DNA of 64,000 nt from Eledone cirrhosa (GCA_964016885.1 OZ024743.1:342116001-342180000); one strand, 5' to 3'. Shown: positions 1 through 13,127, counted from the first letter of the stretch. Notes: generated from the letters alone by a model not told the origin. Numbers and translations: made by a program.

Positions 1-650
1 ATCCATATGAAGACATAATATGAAAGAGTACTGGAGGAATGTTCCAGTAAAAACCTCAATAAAATTCAGGCATAACAGACCAGATATTATGATATGGGAC
101 AGGGAAAAGATAGCATGCACAATAGTGGAAGTTAGCTGCCCAGCAGATACCAATATAATATCAAAGATTAGCGAAAAGGAGAATATTTTACGAAGAACTG
201 ATGAGAAATCTGCAGATACTCCACCCTGATTACACCTCCAGATCTATGCCTGTGATTATTGGGGCACTGGGGTATGTTAGTAACTGCCTCAATACAAATC
301 TTGAGAAGCTAGGCTTCACAGGAACAGAAACAACACAACTAGTTAGGAAATTACAAGTACAATACATTAATGGAACAGTAAAAATATGTAAAACATTCCA
401 AAAGTATTGCATCTAATAACTGCATATACACATGTACAGATACAAAATATATACACATGCACACATACAACTCAAAACATCCACATCCACACATACAGTT
501 AAATCCATATCTACACATGCATGCAGACATGCATACATATCTACCTAGTTGATGTTGTGTAAATTCCAATGAGAGTCTTGCGTCTATGTTAGAAACCGAC
601 TCTCTCTCTATTGGTAAAAATTTGTGAAATTATTAAACCAGAAGAACATA
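1..650 (+). mobile_element. 3' fragment of RLE-type non-LTR retrotransposon (R4/Dong-like), frameshifted
   Basis: ORFs 20-229 and 201-416 give HNRPDIMIWD..IVEVS..EKE (PD-(D/E)xK endonuclease) and PVIIGALG; 3' UTR shared with the copy at 672-1350. Confidence 0.85.
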
Positions 651-671
651 CATACACACATAGATACATAC

Positions 672-1350
672 ATAAAATGCAAGCATAAAATACCAGATAT
701 AATGATATGGGATAGGGAAAAGAAGGCATACACAGTAGTGAAAATTAGCTTCTCAGCAGATGCCAATATAATATCAAAGATTAGCGAAAAGGAGAATATC
801 TATCCAGAATTAATGAGAAATGTGCAGATACTCCACCCTGACTATACCTTCAGATTTATGCCTGTGATTATTGGGGCACTGGGATATGTTAGTAACTGCC
901 TCAGTACAAATCTTGAGAAGCTGGGCTTCACAGGAACAGAAAGAACACGACTAGTTAGGCAATTACAAGTACAATCCAATAATGGAACAATGAAATTATG
1001 TAAAACATTCCAAAAGTTCTGCATCTGTTAACAGCATATGTACATATACAGATGCAAAGCATGTGCACATGCACACATATAACTCAAAACATCCGCATCC
1101 ACACATACAATCATATCCATACCTGCACACACATGCATGCATTCATACATATCTACCTAGTTGGTGTTGTGTACATCCCAAAGAGAAAGTCTTGTAAGTA
1201 TGTTAGAAACCGACTCTCATTCTCTCTCTGTGTCTCTCTATCTATCTCTCTATCTCTCTCTTGCTCTCCCTCTCTCTCTCCTTCTCTCTCTCTCTATCTC
1301 TCTCTCTCTCTGTTGGTAAAACATTATAAAATTATAAAACCAGAATTACA
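672..1350 (+). mobile_element. Second 5'-truncated copy of the same RLE-LINE 3' end
   Basis: ORF 624-1031 KHKIPDIMIWD..PVIIGALG..KTFQKF; same 3' UTR ending aaaccagaa. Confidence 0.85.
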
Positions 1351-1359
1351 TACATGTCA

Positions 1360-3615
1360 CTGAGGCCCCTTTCCAGAAAGACATAGAGTCCTGCTGGAGA
1401 ACAATATGGGGTAAACGAAAGATTTAAACCAAGATACAATGTGATGTGGCTAAAACAAATCCAAAAGAACTATTGCTCCTACACTGCAACAAAAACATGC
1501 GAAATGAATGAGGATACCCTTGAGACTGTGATAGAAAAACTCCAAGATGAGAAAACACCAGGAAGACACATGATTGTTGGCTACCGGTGCAAAGAACTAA
1601 TATTCTATCCCATGTATTTTATCGACCTCTACCAGCATGTTCTCACGGGAGATGCACATATACCAGAATGGTTGACATTAGCACAAACTATATTGGTCCC
1701 CAAGAACAAAGACACCCACTTGGCAAGAAACTATCGACCCATTGCATGCCAGATCCTGATGTATAAGATGTGTACTGCCTGCCAGAACCTATTTCCCCAA
1801 TGTCACTGCAACAGTAATCAGATCATTACAGATGAAGAAGAAACTGGAAAGAAAGGTGTTTGGGGGTGTGCTGAACACCTCCTATTTAAGAAAATTGCGA
1901 TATCGGAGGTGTGACAACCTATGAGGTATATGGCTACAGTCTGGCTGGACTACTGGAAAGCATTTGAATCTGTTCCCCACTTTCTGATGATAGAAGCCCC
2001 CCAACTTGCTAAACTCCCTGACATTATTATCAGAGCCATTAAAAACAGAGAAGGGGGACTATATTTTCACTGATAAAATAGGATATCACAGAGGCATATT
2101 TCAAGGAGACAATCTCTTTGTGATACTATTTATCCTGCCATTAAACCCCTTGTCTTTTCTGCTCAAGAAATGTGATGGATACATCATTAGCTCACAGGAG
2201 GACAGAAATACGAACATTTGTGGAAATACGAACATTTGTGGATTACCTGAAACTCTATGCCAAGAACATAAATGAGAGGAAGAAAAATCTTGACCTGGTT
2301 ATAACATTCTCAAAGCATATAGGAATGGAGTTTGGCTCATATATGACTGTAAAGTGTGGAAAAAATAAATCCCAATCTAGCAAAATTTTATCAATGGCCT
2401 AACTGTTTCACCGATATCTGACGTGGACTGACACATATACCTGGTGAAAGATGAGAATGAATCCTATAACGGTATTTGTAATAAGGTACGTGTAACCAGG
2501 GAATATTACACCCGATTAGGAAAAACAGGGTCACCGTAATTCTCTGCGCACAATGAAGCAGTGTGCCTGTCCTAATACCAACATTTGGAATCCTCGAATG
2601 GATGATAGACGGACACCGAGCCATTGATGTTAAAAGTCGAAAAATACTAAACAACACCGGAAACTTCCACATCAACAATAACATAGACCGCCTTTACTTG
2701 AAACGTAAGCAGGCAGACAGAGGCCTAACATCAGTCCAGACAGCATTTGAGTGTCGCATCACACCCCTCTGACAACATTATGAACCTCCAAGCGTAGGAG
2801 CCCATCCTCTGCGAAAGTCTGTCTGCATCAGAAAAATAAGATCATGAGAGGTGGGAAGCAACTCCTTGAAGATACTCTCTGCATGATAATAAAAAAACTC
2901 AAACCCAGGGAAATTGCCCAGTAATACAGCAGCGAATCCATGAATGAAGAATGCATGCTTATCAACAAAAAATCATGCATGCATATGTTGCTAGGAAGCT
3001 TCAGAGTGAGAGTAATATAGATAAGCTAAGTAGCCTATCTTTGACCAACAACCGCTATATTGGCTCCCATTTTGAAGTATATGCTTTTGCAATCTAAGAA
3101 CAGGAAATCAACACAAAATATCTAATTCACAAAGAGATAGGGATGCAGGCAAAACACCTAGATGTGACAACAAATGCAGACTCAGCAGGGTTAACATCGA
3201 AGATGTCACACATGTCATTAGTAGCTGTCCGAGGATGACACCACAGTTCTATCTGCATATGAGGCGTGATGTTGCCAAAACACTGTACAATGCAATCCGT
3301 AGAAAAGATAGCCTCGACAAGAAACAGATTAAAAGCTACAGCAGTGTAGAAGACTTACACATACATAATATGATAAAGTACTGGTAGATTGTTTGAGTCA
3401 ACACTCCAATAAAATGCAAGCATAAAAGACCAGATATAATGACATGGGACATGGAAAAGAAGGCTTGCACAGTAGCGGAAACTAGCTTCTTAGCAGATAC
3501 CAATATACTATTAAAGATTAGCGAAAAGGAGAATATCTATGCTGACACTAATGAGAAATCTGCAGATACTCCACAATGACTATACCTTCATATTTATACC
3601 TGTGGTTATTGGAGT
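1360..3615 (+). mobile_element. Decayed RLE-LINE (RT, CCHC finger, RLE), third copy in tandem
   Basis: NYRPIAC, WLDYWKAFESVPH, GIFQGD..L, FVDYLKLY RT motifs across frameshifts; KCKHKRPDIMTWD at ~3410-3450. Confidence 0.85.
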
Positions 3616-3822
3616 AATGTGATTCTTATGAGTTCTCCCGCCCTTTGTCAGGTTTTGTTTTTTCTCCTGTAGGGTGTCCTATTTCACTCTCCTCACCAAG
3701 TAAACTTGGTGGGGTTGCCGGTATATTCGATAGGTTGTACTGGGCTACATGTTACAAATAGCACTCAAGAGTGACCCGACACACATACATAATACAAATG
3801 TATGTGTGTGTTTTTTTGTGTG

Positions 3823-3867
<45 letters not shown>

Positions 3868-3881
3868 TTGTGTGTGTATAC

Positions 3882-3922
<41 letters not shown>

Positions 3923-5423
3923 GATGCTTTCGTTTCGTAAAATTTTCAAATAAATTCTCCATACTGCAGTTGAATAAAGATTCAATAGAACGTAAATATA
4001 TCTTATATACACTTATACTATTAAAGAAATGTTAAATATTGTTTATAAGCCGAGGTCAAGATATAGATCAAACAGCCTTGTATAATTGCATATGGACTCT
4101 CAAAAACAAAAACCATGGGAATAAGAACGAATAAGCAAATACATAAAATGTTAGATATATAAAGTTCTAACTTTTCTTTTTGATGATACAGCGAAATACT
4201 TTTTGTAATATACATCTTACTTTTTTCTTTTGAAGTTCATATTTATTCGTTTAACATCCAAAGAAAATATCTTTGATGTTCTAAATATATTTCATACAAC
4301 TCCGATCTTCCATTTTTTTATTTATTTATTTATTTATTTTTTTTTTTTAGATTCATTCTTTAATTTATTTGAATAAGTATTTTAAAATCAAATAAAAGAA
4401 GATGTGTAAACATTAGGAAATTATCTGAAAAGAACTGAACAAAGCAGATGTCGAGAACGCAGGTCGAAAAGGAAGTATTGCGATCGCGCACTATATTGGT
4501 CAATTGTTTTCTAAACTCTTAAATTAATAAAAATTCACACAATATAAAGGATTTTATATAAATCCTCTATGTACGACAGTCTTTTATGAGGAGACAGAAC
4601 GTTAGGTTCCTTTTGAGTAGACTAACCTCAACGAGTGCATGCTAGTGGAAAAGCTTAAAATGTCTTTCATTGGGTGATGCAGCTTCGTGCGGAAGTTAAC
4701 TTTCAGGGTTTCACAGCGTTTACAAAATCAGAAACAAAATTCCATCCCCATATTTCTAAAAGCTTCTCTATTTTAAAGCGGTAAGATATGACCTACTGTA
4801 TAAGCAAATGAATATATATTGGTAAATAACTCTGATGATGATGATATCAATTCATTCATTCGTTTTCTCAATATATGTTTAATACTTACACGTTTCTATG
4901 GGTTATTTTGTGTATTTTCTCTCTTTCTTTGACTCAGATTTGAATGTGTAGCATTCCATTTTTTTTTACACAGGTGAGATCTAGTGAGCCTTTAAATCAT
5001 TACATACCTACAATAAAATATTAATTTTAATATAAAAAGAGCTCATACATATGTGTGTCATATAAGGGATAGAGATATAGAATCTGTTAACATTACCTTA
5101 TACGAATGAAATACCTTATATATACATATATACATTATAAATTTATTTCAATCATCTTATACAACAAATCAGCTCAAATATGCTTTCTAAAAAGCCATAT
5201 TTTCCAGAGCATTATTTATTCAAAATTTCATTTAGATACAATACTTAGACATTGCAGTTGTCCACCACTACTGCTGCTGGAATCCACAACACGGTGCTAC
5301 CTGTCAACTTTTTTAATATTCATAGCTAGAAGGCTTCCCAAATGATTATTCGTAAACATACCGTATATCTTTCGATATTCGAAATCCACATACCCGTATG
5401 TATACAGCTATCTTTAAATAATC

Positions 5424-5550
5424 ATTAAATATAGAAATGGCTTCTACATGACTAGAACTGTTTCATTCTTATACAAGCAACAGGAATGCCTGATGAATTC
5501 ATACGAATGAAACAGTTCTAATCTTGTAGAAGCTATTTCTATATTAAATA
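5424..5550. repeat. Short fold-back inverted repeat containing an HHR core
   Basis: Arms ~5427-5472 and ~5501-5545 are reverse complements; CTGATGA-ATTC-atac-GAAT-GAAAC at ~5490-5513; stem I not evident. Confidence 0.55.
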
Positions 5551-5659
5551 GTGATGCTTACGCTCTACTAATGTGTTAAGTACATTTTTTAACTGTGGTT
5601 ATCCCCCAATTTTACTCGGGATCTACATATATATTATATATATATATGGTATCGTAATC

Positions 5660-5892
5660 TCCTTATAATATATAACCAGCAATTTCTCTGTCTGTCTGTC
5701 CGACGCGTACAGAGAGAGTGAGAGTGAAAGAAAGAGACAGACTACAAGAGGGGGATAGCGGGAGGGAGAGAGAGAGACGCTGGAAGAGGGGAAGGAAAGC
5801 TATGTCTTGCTGTCTGCATTACCATACATATATATATACACACACACACTGGGCGCGTCATAATGACGTAATGCAGACAGATATTATAAGGG
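5660..5892. mobile_element. Small non-autonomous element with imperfect terminal inverted repeats (MITE- or HINE-like)
   Basis: ccttataatat...ctgtctg at left and cagacagatattataagg at right. Confidence 0.4.
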
Positions 5893-5954
5893 CGCAACGT
5901 TATATCTATGTATCTATCTAAAAATAAAGACTAAGAATTATATAGAGAGAAGGC

Positions 5955-6127
5955 TAAATCGCCAAATGCTGTCCCTAGGGCATTGGAAATTTGAAATAAT
6001 TTTTGCTCAAAACACTCACAGGACCATAAGTATTACATGTCTAAAGTTTGAAAACAATCGGTTGGATGGTTCTCAAGTTTTAGTGAGCTGACAGACAGAC
6101 AGACATTCTCTGTTTTAGATATATAGA
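5955..6127 (-). mobile_element. 5' portion of non-autonomous Helitron-like element
   Basis: Reverse strand begins tctatatatctaaaacagagaatgtctgtctgtc..taaaacttgagaa..ccaaccgatt..caaacttt, similar to the 6165 element. Confidence 0.6.
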
Positions 6128-6164
6128 CTAGCAGAAAACCGCCCACCGCGTGGTTTTCTGCTAG

Positions 6165-6771
6165 TCTATATATATAAAACTGAGGATGTCTGTCTGTGTG
6201 TGTGTGTTTGAACCCCTAAAACTCGAGAAGTACCCAACCGATATATTTCAAACTTTACATGTGTATTACTAATGTTTCAGGGAGGGAAATGAGAACTCGC
6301 ATTAGCTGAAAAACTGCGTTTTTTTCAGCTTTTTAGGTTCTTTTTAAGGCGTTACGTCAGACCGATTTCCTTGAAATTGTAATTATGTATTAGTCAGTCT
6401 CTTCTTCATACTGTGAGCAAAGAAAATCCAACTTTTTTATGGCCTAGGGCCCGCATTAGGTGAAAAACTTCAGTTTTTCAGCTTTTAAAGGCTTTTTTGA
6501 GGCGTTACATCTAGCCGATTTTGCCTAAATTTCAAGGCATATTGTGCACATAAAAAAAATTCATTCTTGATCCCCTAGGACCCGTATTAGGCGAAAACCT
6601 GCATTTTTCCTGCTTCATCGGGGAAAATCTTAAAGATTATCCAGCCATCAGAGTATTCGGTTAATTTTCTTTACATATTGTCCAGACATGCAGTTTTTCC
6701 ACGATTAGGTCTGTTTGGCGGCCCGCGTTCCAAAATATCTTATCCCGTGCAACGCCGGGTACTACTGCTAG
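6165..6771 (+). mobile_element. Non-autonomous Helitron-like element
   Basis: 5' TC(tatatatataaaactgaggatgtctgtc); 3' hairpin cccgtgcaacgccggg then CTAG; head restarts at 6775. Confidence 0.75.
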
Positions 6772-7120
6772 TAATCTATATGTATAAAACTGAGGATGTC
6801 TGTCTGTGTGTGTGTGTGTGTCTACACACACAAACTGACACACACACATCTCACCTTCCGCCGTCACGCCAAACTTCATTTTTCCTTCCCCCTCTCTCTT
6901 CACCTCTACCCACCCCTTATGCACCACCATACCCATGCCTTCATAGATCCATACACGCCCTAACTTTTTAATATTCTGTTGTTGTTGTTTTTTTTAATTC
7001 TGTTTTCTTTATATATTCCGTTTAATTCTGTTTCTATTCTTTTTTATTTCTATTTTTACCGTCCTTACATGTTTTTCCCGCTAACTCACCCCTCCCTCCT
7101 CTCGGAGTCCCCCCCCCCCA

Positions 7121-7160
7121 CTATCATGATGAAGGGCTTATGTCCGAAACGTTGTAACAG
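7121..7160 (+). ncRNA. Degenerate type I hammerhead ribozyme (PLE pLTR-type)
   Basis: c-ATGATGA-a-GGGC-ttat-GTCC-GAAAC-gtt-GTA-acag; short tail then TA repeat. Confidence 0.6.
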
Positions 7161-7289
7161 CACCACCCCCTACTCTTACTAAGCATGAAGCTAATAACAC
7201 CATGTAACATTTACTCCTGCGTTTGTTTGTTTATTGTTATTTTGAACTGTATGTATATATATATATATGTATGTACGTATGTGTGTGTA

Positions 7290-7344
<55 letters not shown>

Positions 7345-7873
7345 AGTGAAATTATAGGCGGCCAAAAATGTTGAATTTCCTTAATTATTTATTCACTTAT
7401 TCCTGAAAACACTATGAACATTGCAGTGGCCAGGTTGCGTTAGAACCTGGTGACATCTTCAGGTGTAAATTGCGCAAAAGATGTATACCAACGGAATGAT
7501 GTTAAACTTTAAGGAAACAAGCACAAAAAAAAACAGAGAAGAAAAAGTGTGTTTGTGTTTTTGACCCAGAGACAAACGAAGCAGTATGTTTTTATCATGC
7601 CTCGCCGCCTCTGATTGACTTATCCTTCCTGTTAGTTTGCTAAGCGAGTAGGGGATGTATATCCAACTGGGCGAAGCTCTACTTCCTCTCAATTCTAACA
7701 TCCTTCGGACAGCAGGCCAGAAAAGGGGGACGGGTGAGAATATCGTCTTACAGAGAATGGTATGCTACCTGCGTCAAGCAAAGATCTATTCAGATAGGAA
7801 GAATATAGGAACATATCAAGTAGAAAAAGTCAGGTTAAAATTGTTTAGAAGTTAAAGCTAGGGTTACTTATAG

Positions 7874-7926
<53 letters not shown>

Positions 7927-7961
7927 CATTTTCTTGTGTGCGCATAATTCGATATCATAAT

Positions 7962-8176
7962 AGTTTCTTATATAGGCACAAGGCCGGCAATTTGAGGGGA
8001 GGGGAAGACGATTAAATCGACTCCAGTGCATCACTGGTACTTTATTTTATCGACCCGTAAGGATGAAAGGCAAAGTTAACCTCGGCGGGATTTGAACTCA
8101 GATCATAAAGGGCCGTAACTCCATGCTGAAAAGCATGGCGTCCGACGCTCTACCAATACTGCCAATCCACTGCCCT
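7962..8176 (-). mobile_element. tRNA-derived SINE with 18-bp TSD
   Basis: B-box gagttcaaatccc on minus strand; ataattcgatatcataat at 7944-7961 and 8177-8194; multiple copies in window. Confidence 0.85.
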
Positions 8177-8194
8177 ATAATTCGATATCATAAT

Positions 8195-8308
8195 TGTTTC
8201 TACTTTTGGCACAAGGCCAGCAATTATCCCAGTGTATTACTGGTACTTTATTTTATCGACCCCGTAAGGATGAAAGGCAAAGTTAACCTCGGCGGGATTT
8301 GAACTCAG
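8195..8308 (-). mobile_element. 5'-truncated SINE copy abutting an RTE fragment
   Basis: Same SINE 3' half as 7962-8176. Confidence 0.8.
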
Positions 8309-9025
8309 GGCGGTTTCCATCCGGGGATGGGTTGTGTTGATCAAATCTTCATTCTCCGGCGGTCCTGGAACAACGGTGGGCACATCAACAGCCTACCGTC
8401 CTCTGCTTCATCGACTTTGCGGCTGTCTTCGACTCGGTGGATCGGGAAGCCCTATGGCGTATAATGCAGGCGTCGGCATCCCAGTGAAGCTGCTTCGTTT
8501 CATACAAGGCTACTACTGGTCGACTCTGGCTCGAGTGAGGGTCTATGGTGGGGAGACGGAGTCGTTCGATGTAGGGCACATGGGGTGTGCGCTATCGCTA
8601 ACTCTCTTTAACTACGCAATTGACTACACTCTCAACTCAGCGCTCCGGGATTACCCGGGCGTAGAGGTCGGGAGAGAGGTCGTGGTGACGGACCTGGCCT
8701 ACGCGGATGACATCGTGCTGATGGGCGCTGACGGGACAGATGTACAAGGTGCTCTCGAAAGGGTACACACTGCAACCGCCGCTGTTGGTCTACGAATCAA
8801 TGCCGCCAAGTCACTGGTCTCGCCTGATGCCTGGCAGCCAATATCTCACGAGGGCGCGGACCTGGAGGATGTAGAGTCCTTCGTTTACCTGGGCTCAACA
8901 GTGGTTCCAACGGGACAGGGCGCTGCCAGATCCGCTTTGGAGCACCTGCTGCGGTGTCTGTGGGACAGAAGAGAGATCACCTTGGCGACCAAAAGGCGAA
9001 TCTACCAGGCCGTCGTTCGCACCTG
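8309..9025 (+). mobile_element. RTE-clade LINE reverse transcriptase fragment (pseudogene)
   Basis: CFIDFAAVFDSVDREALW (alternate frame), GCALSLTLFN, DLAYADDIVL, GLRINAAKS, VESFVYLGS. Confidence 0.85.
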
Positions 9026-9154
9026 GCCTAGTTTTCTCAACTATCATTTAGAGTGGTTGATTATTATTTCCTTTCATTTATGTTCGCAAGACTGCACTTC
9101 TAATCTTATAGAAACGCACACAGGAACATCCACCCACGCACACACACAGACTCA

Positions 9155-9190
9155 ACTATGATGAAAGAATAGTGTCCGAAACTTTAAGAC
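9155..9190 (+). ncRNA. Degenerate HHR motif, family shared with 39816-39852
   Basis: ATGATGA-aagaatagtgtcc-GAAAC-tttaagac followed by tail and (TA)n. Confidence 0.45.
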
Positions 9191-9264
9191 TCTTTTCCTG
9201 CTATTTAAAGCGTTAAACTTATATATTTCTTCCATGTACTGTGCCGTTTGTTTTGTTATTTCTG

Positions 9265-9338
<74 letters not shown>

Positions 9339-9741
9339 GAGAGAGAGAGAGAGAGAGACAGAGAGAAATTCAGCGAGAATCGGGTAGAGAAAGCGAAACG
9401 CAAAATCAGAGTTATGCTGGCAAGCGCTCAATAGTTAAAAAACCAGTGCTAAACATATATGTTAAAACGCCATACAAACTGAAAAAGGGGTCAAGAAGGC
9501 ATTAACCACCTAAGCCAAAAAACAAGTGAACCTAAACAGGTCACACAAAATAAATGATAAAATCATATATATATACATATACACATATATAACCGACCTG
9601 GACCCATTGGAATTGATGGTAAAAAAAATATATATATATATACACACACACACATATATATATATATATAAAGAAAAAAAGATGAAATCGAAAATGCAAC
9701 TGGAGTCTTATTTTTTTTTAAATATATATATTTATTTGGTT

Positions 9742-9779
9742 CCTTTACCGGTTTCGCAGTTTTTCTGCTTTTCAAAAGT
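9742..9779 (-). ncRNA. Type I HHR, U3:A8 core variant (family A)
   Basis: Minus strand ctt-TTGAAAA-GCAG-aaaaa-CTGC-GAAAC-CG-GTA-aag. Confidence 0.75.
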
Positions 9780-9868
9780 AGAGTTGGGATGGAGGGTCTG
9801 TGGTTCTTCTCACAGCTGGTTGGTCTTTGAATGTTACTTGTTTTATATGCAAAAAAAAGTGGCTCGAA

Positions 9869-9911
<43 letters not shown>

Positions 9912-10740
9912 GTGTATACTGGTAGCTATGTTGCTTCCATAGACGATATGCCAAAATTAGCACTCGATATTCAGCAGAGTAGAGTGTAGATAGTATAGAG
10001 AAAACGAAAAAATCAGTGATGCATCTGGACTTAATTTATTGCGTGTTTCAAATGTTTCGCCGGCAGGTACTCGAGACATGGTCATTGTATGGATCTGGCT
10101 GATTCTACTTCTGCGAGTTCTTTCAGACACGGGTGTTTCATCTGGAGCAAATTTTATCACTGGGGTGTTATCATCAAAAAACACCCTAAAAAAACTCAAC
10201 TTCAACTCTTGTCATGCCATTGGATGTTTATACTTCACGTCATCACAAGTTCTGGTCAGTATCTGCTGCCACACGGTTCATCGGCCATTTTCCGTCCGAC
10301 ACATTTCAATGGAGTCATGTTGGGTTCAGTATTTCACACGTCTGTTCACACTTCAGTGTAAGCACCCATACATACTAAAATACACATATAAACACACATA
10401 CATATTTATGCATACACACACGTACGCCTACATGCGCAGACACACACATCCACACATACATACATAAAAGTATATATACACACACTCTCTCACTTCCACG
10501 GACCCAGTCACACCCACTTGTTGATACATATCGCCACAAGCCTTATGAGGGCTGCTTAGTTCGAGCCCTGTATCAGTTGGGGTAAGCATGGCCTACTCAA
10601 ACATACACATATATACATACATACGTGCGCGCACATACATACGCCCAACCATATATACATTTATATAACTATATACACACTCATACACACACATATATAT
10701 ATACACACATGTGTATACACTTATATATACACACATATAT

Positions 10741-11560
10741 TCCGTCGTCAGGAAAGTCTATTCTCATGTAAGAGAATAGACTTGAATAGACGGAATGCTT
10801 CTCTATGTTATTCTTCGGAAAATATATTTACTCCATTCCAGAAACTAATTAGTTGGAAGTGATATTTTAGTAAGTAAGTTAATTTTATAATTTTCTTATT
10901 TTACGTCTCTTATATTATTGTTCTGCAACCCCATGCATTGAACCACACTGTTATTAAGACAAAACCTATATATTTGCTAGCATTGATATGCATCTGTATG
11001 TATATATATGTTACTAGATATGAATTCTTTATTATTATCTCCAAATTATTTGTCGAGCAATATTGGCCATGACTGCTGCTACGGTTGTAGGCAGGCCGCT
11101 GTCTTATTAGCAAACCACTTTCCACTGATTGACCTCGATGTCACGTGTTAGATTCTTTTTGAATTTGCCACAGACGTAGAGGCAGTGATTTTCTCAATGG
11201 CTTGGAATTCAGTCCGCGCTTCGCTATTTCCTATCCACTGAATTATTTTGTAATAAGTTTCCAGTGTCCTCGCTTTACCTGGAAACTTACATGAGAATAG
11301 ACTTTCCTGACGACGGAATGCTTCTCTATGTATTCTTCGGAAAATATATTTACTCCATTCCAGAAACTAATTAGTTGGAAGTGATATTTTAGTAAGTAAG
11401 TTAATTTTATAATTTTCTTATTTTACGTCTCTTATATTATTGTTCTGCAACCCCATGCATTGAACCACACTGTTATTAAGACAAAACCTATATATTTGCT
11501 AGCATTGATATGCATCTGTATGTATATATATGTTACTAGATATGAATTCTTTATTATATA
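10741..11560 (+). mobile_element. Retrozyme/PLE pLTR-like non-coding element, ~523-bp unit with terminal redundancy and short 5' inversion
   Basis: 10791-11037 repeats at 11314-11560; 10741-10772 is the reverse complement of ~11286-11317; ends in (TA)n. Confidence 0.8.
11301..11382 (+). ncRNA. Type I hammerhead ribozyme with large loop II
   Basis: actttc-CTGACGA-c-GGAATG..CATTCC-a-GAAAC-TAATTA-GTT-ggaagt; stem I 6 bp; palindromic stem III. Confidence 0.88.
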
Positions 11561-11899
11561 TATATATATATATATACAAAAAAAAACGACAACTTAACAT
11601 GCATACACACATCCACATATATACATACATATACCTACGCATATGCCGATATACATACATCTACACATGCATACGCACACGTGTTGCCACATGCATACAC
11701 CTGCACATATGCATATCTTCCTACACACACATGTGCTTCCATATATACATATATAAACAAAATTGTAAATTAAAAGTTAAAAAAATACATTATGCAATAA
11801 AAAACAATATACCATAAAATAACGGTAAATTACCGTAACATAAAAAATATACAATGTAATATAATATACAATATTATTTATTTATATATATATATATCT

Positions 11900-11942
<43 letters not shown>

Positions 11943-12250
11943 TGTACACAGATTCATGCATACATATACGGATATATACGGATATATATAAAGGATATGT
12001 GATAAAGTAATACAACAAGAATAATAGTAATAATAAAAATAATAATAAAAAACCTATATATTCCATATATAATCATCCGCACACATAGACATATATATAT
12101 ATTCATATATACACACATATATACATATACACACATACACCCACATTCCGCCACATATGTACATACATGCACATGTCTGCACATACACGCGCCTATAAGC
12201 TCATGCACACACGCACCCATGCCCATACACACACCCCAGCACCCACCCAC

Positions 12251-12329
<79 letters not shown>

Positions 12330-12551
12330 CACATCTACACGCACACACACGTACATATACCCACGCACAGGTCCACACATAAAAACACACGAATGATAAT
12401 TAAATATATATATATATATAGTGCAAATTTATATATATGATTCCAGTTCCTCAGTGAAATAACAACCCAACCAGGAACTGGGCATATCAGAGTATTGACA
12501 ATATTATACACCTAAACAACATATGTACTTGTCTATACCATACTAATTCAA

Positions 12552-12606
12552 ACTGCCTGAAGAGGTCACAGTCAAAGATGGCTGTCACTGAAATATATAT
12601 AGCAGT
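12552..12606 (+). ncRNA. Type I hammerhead ribozyme with ATATATAT stem III
   Basis: actgc-CTGAAGA-GGTCACAGTCA-aaga-TGGCTGTCACT-GAAA-TATATAT-A-gcagt. Confidence 0.85.
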
Positions 12607-12837
12607 AATAAACGAAGCTAAATTTTAAACATTTGACTTTTTATTTAACTTTATTTTACATTACTCCGGAGTAACCAAACCAACCTGCGCACTTCGTCGA
12701 GTACTCCAGCCTGCATATTGAGATGTTGGTATACAACCAACATATACTCAAAATCTATCTATATATATATATTAGAAAGTGAGGGTTTTTTTACAAAATG
12801 AAAAATAACCGAGGTGTCCTACACGAGTGAAAGTATA

Positions 12838-13127
12838 ACGAAAAAGAGATGAAATCGAAAATGCAACTGGAGTCTTATTTTTTTAAAAATATATATATTT
12901 ATTTGGTTCCTTTACCGGTTTCGCAGTTCTTCTGCTTTTCAAAAGGTGAGTTGAGATGGAGGGTCTGCGTTTTTTCTCAGATGTGAGAAAAATCACAGAC
13001 CCTCCATCTCAACTCACCTTTTGAAAAGCAGAAGAACTGCGAAACCGAAAAAAGGAACCAAATAAATATATATATTTAAAAAAAAAATAAGACTCCAGTT
13101 GCATTTTCGATTTCCTCTCTTTTTCTT

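Noticed and set aside
565-615. ccaatgagag..gaaaccg in the RLE-LINE 3' UTR as an HHR
   Set aside because: Core is non-canonical and better explained as a 3' terminal stem-loop (ccaat-gagag/ctct-attgg)
4331-4790. Possible host exon (polypyrimidine-AG ... GTAAG)
   Set aside because: No sustained ORF or recognisable protein; cannot be supported without transcripts
10040-10600. HHR-like fragments (TTGATGA/CAGATGA..GAAA on minus strand; CTTATGA-GGGCT..AGCCC on plus strand)
   Set aside because: Could not build all three stems with an intact core
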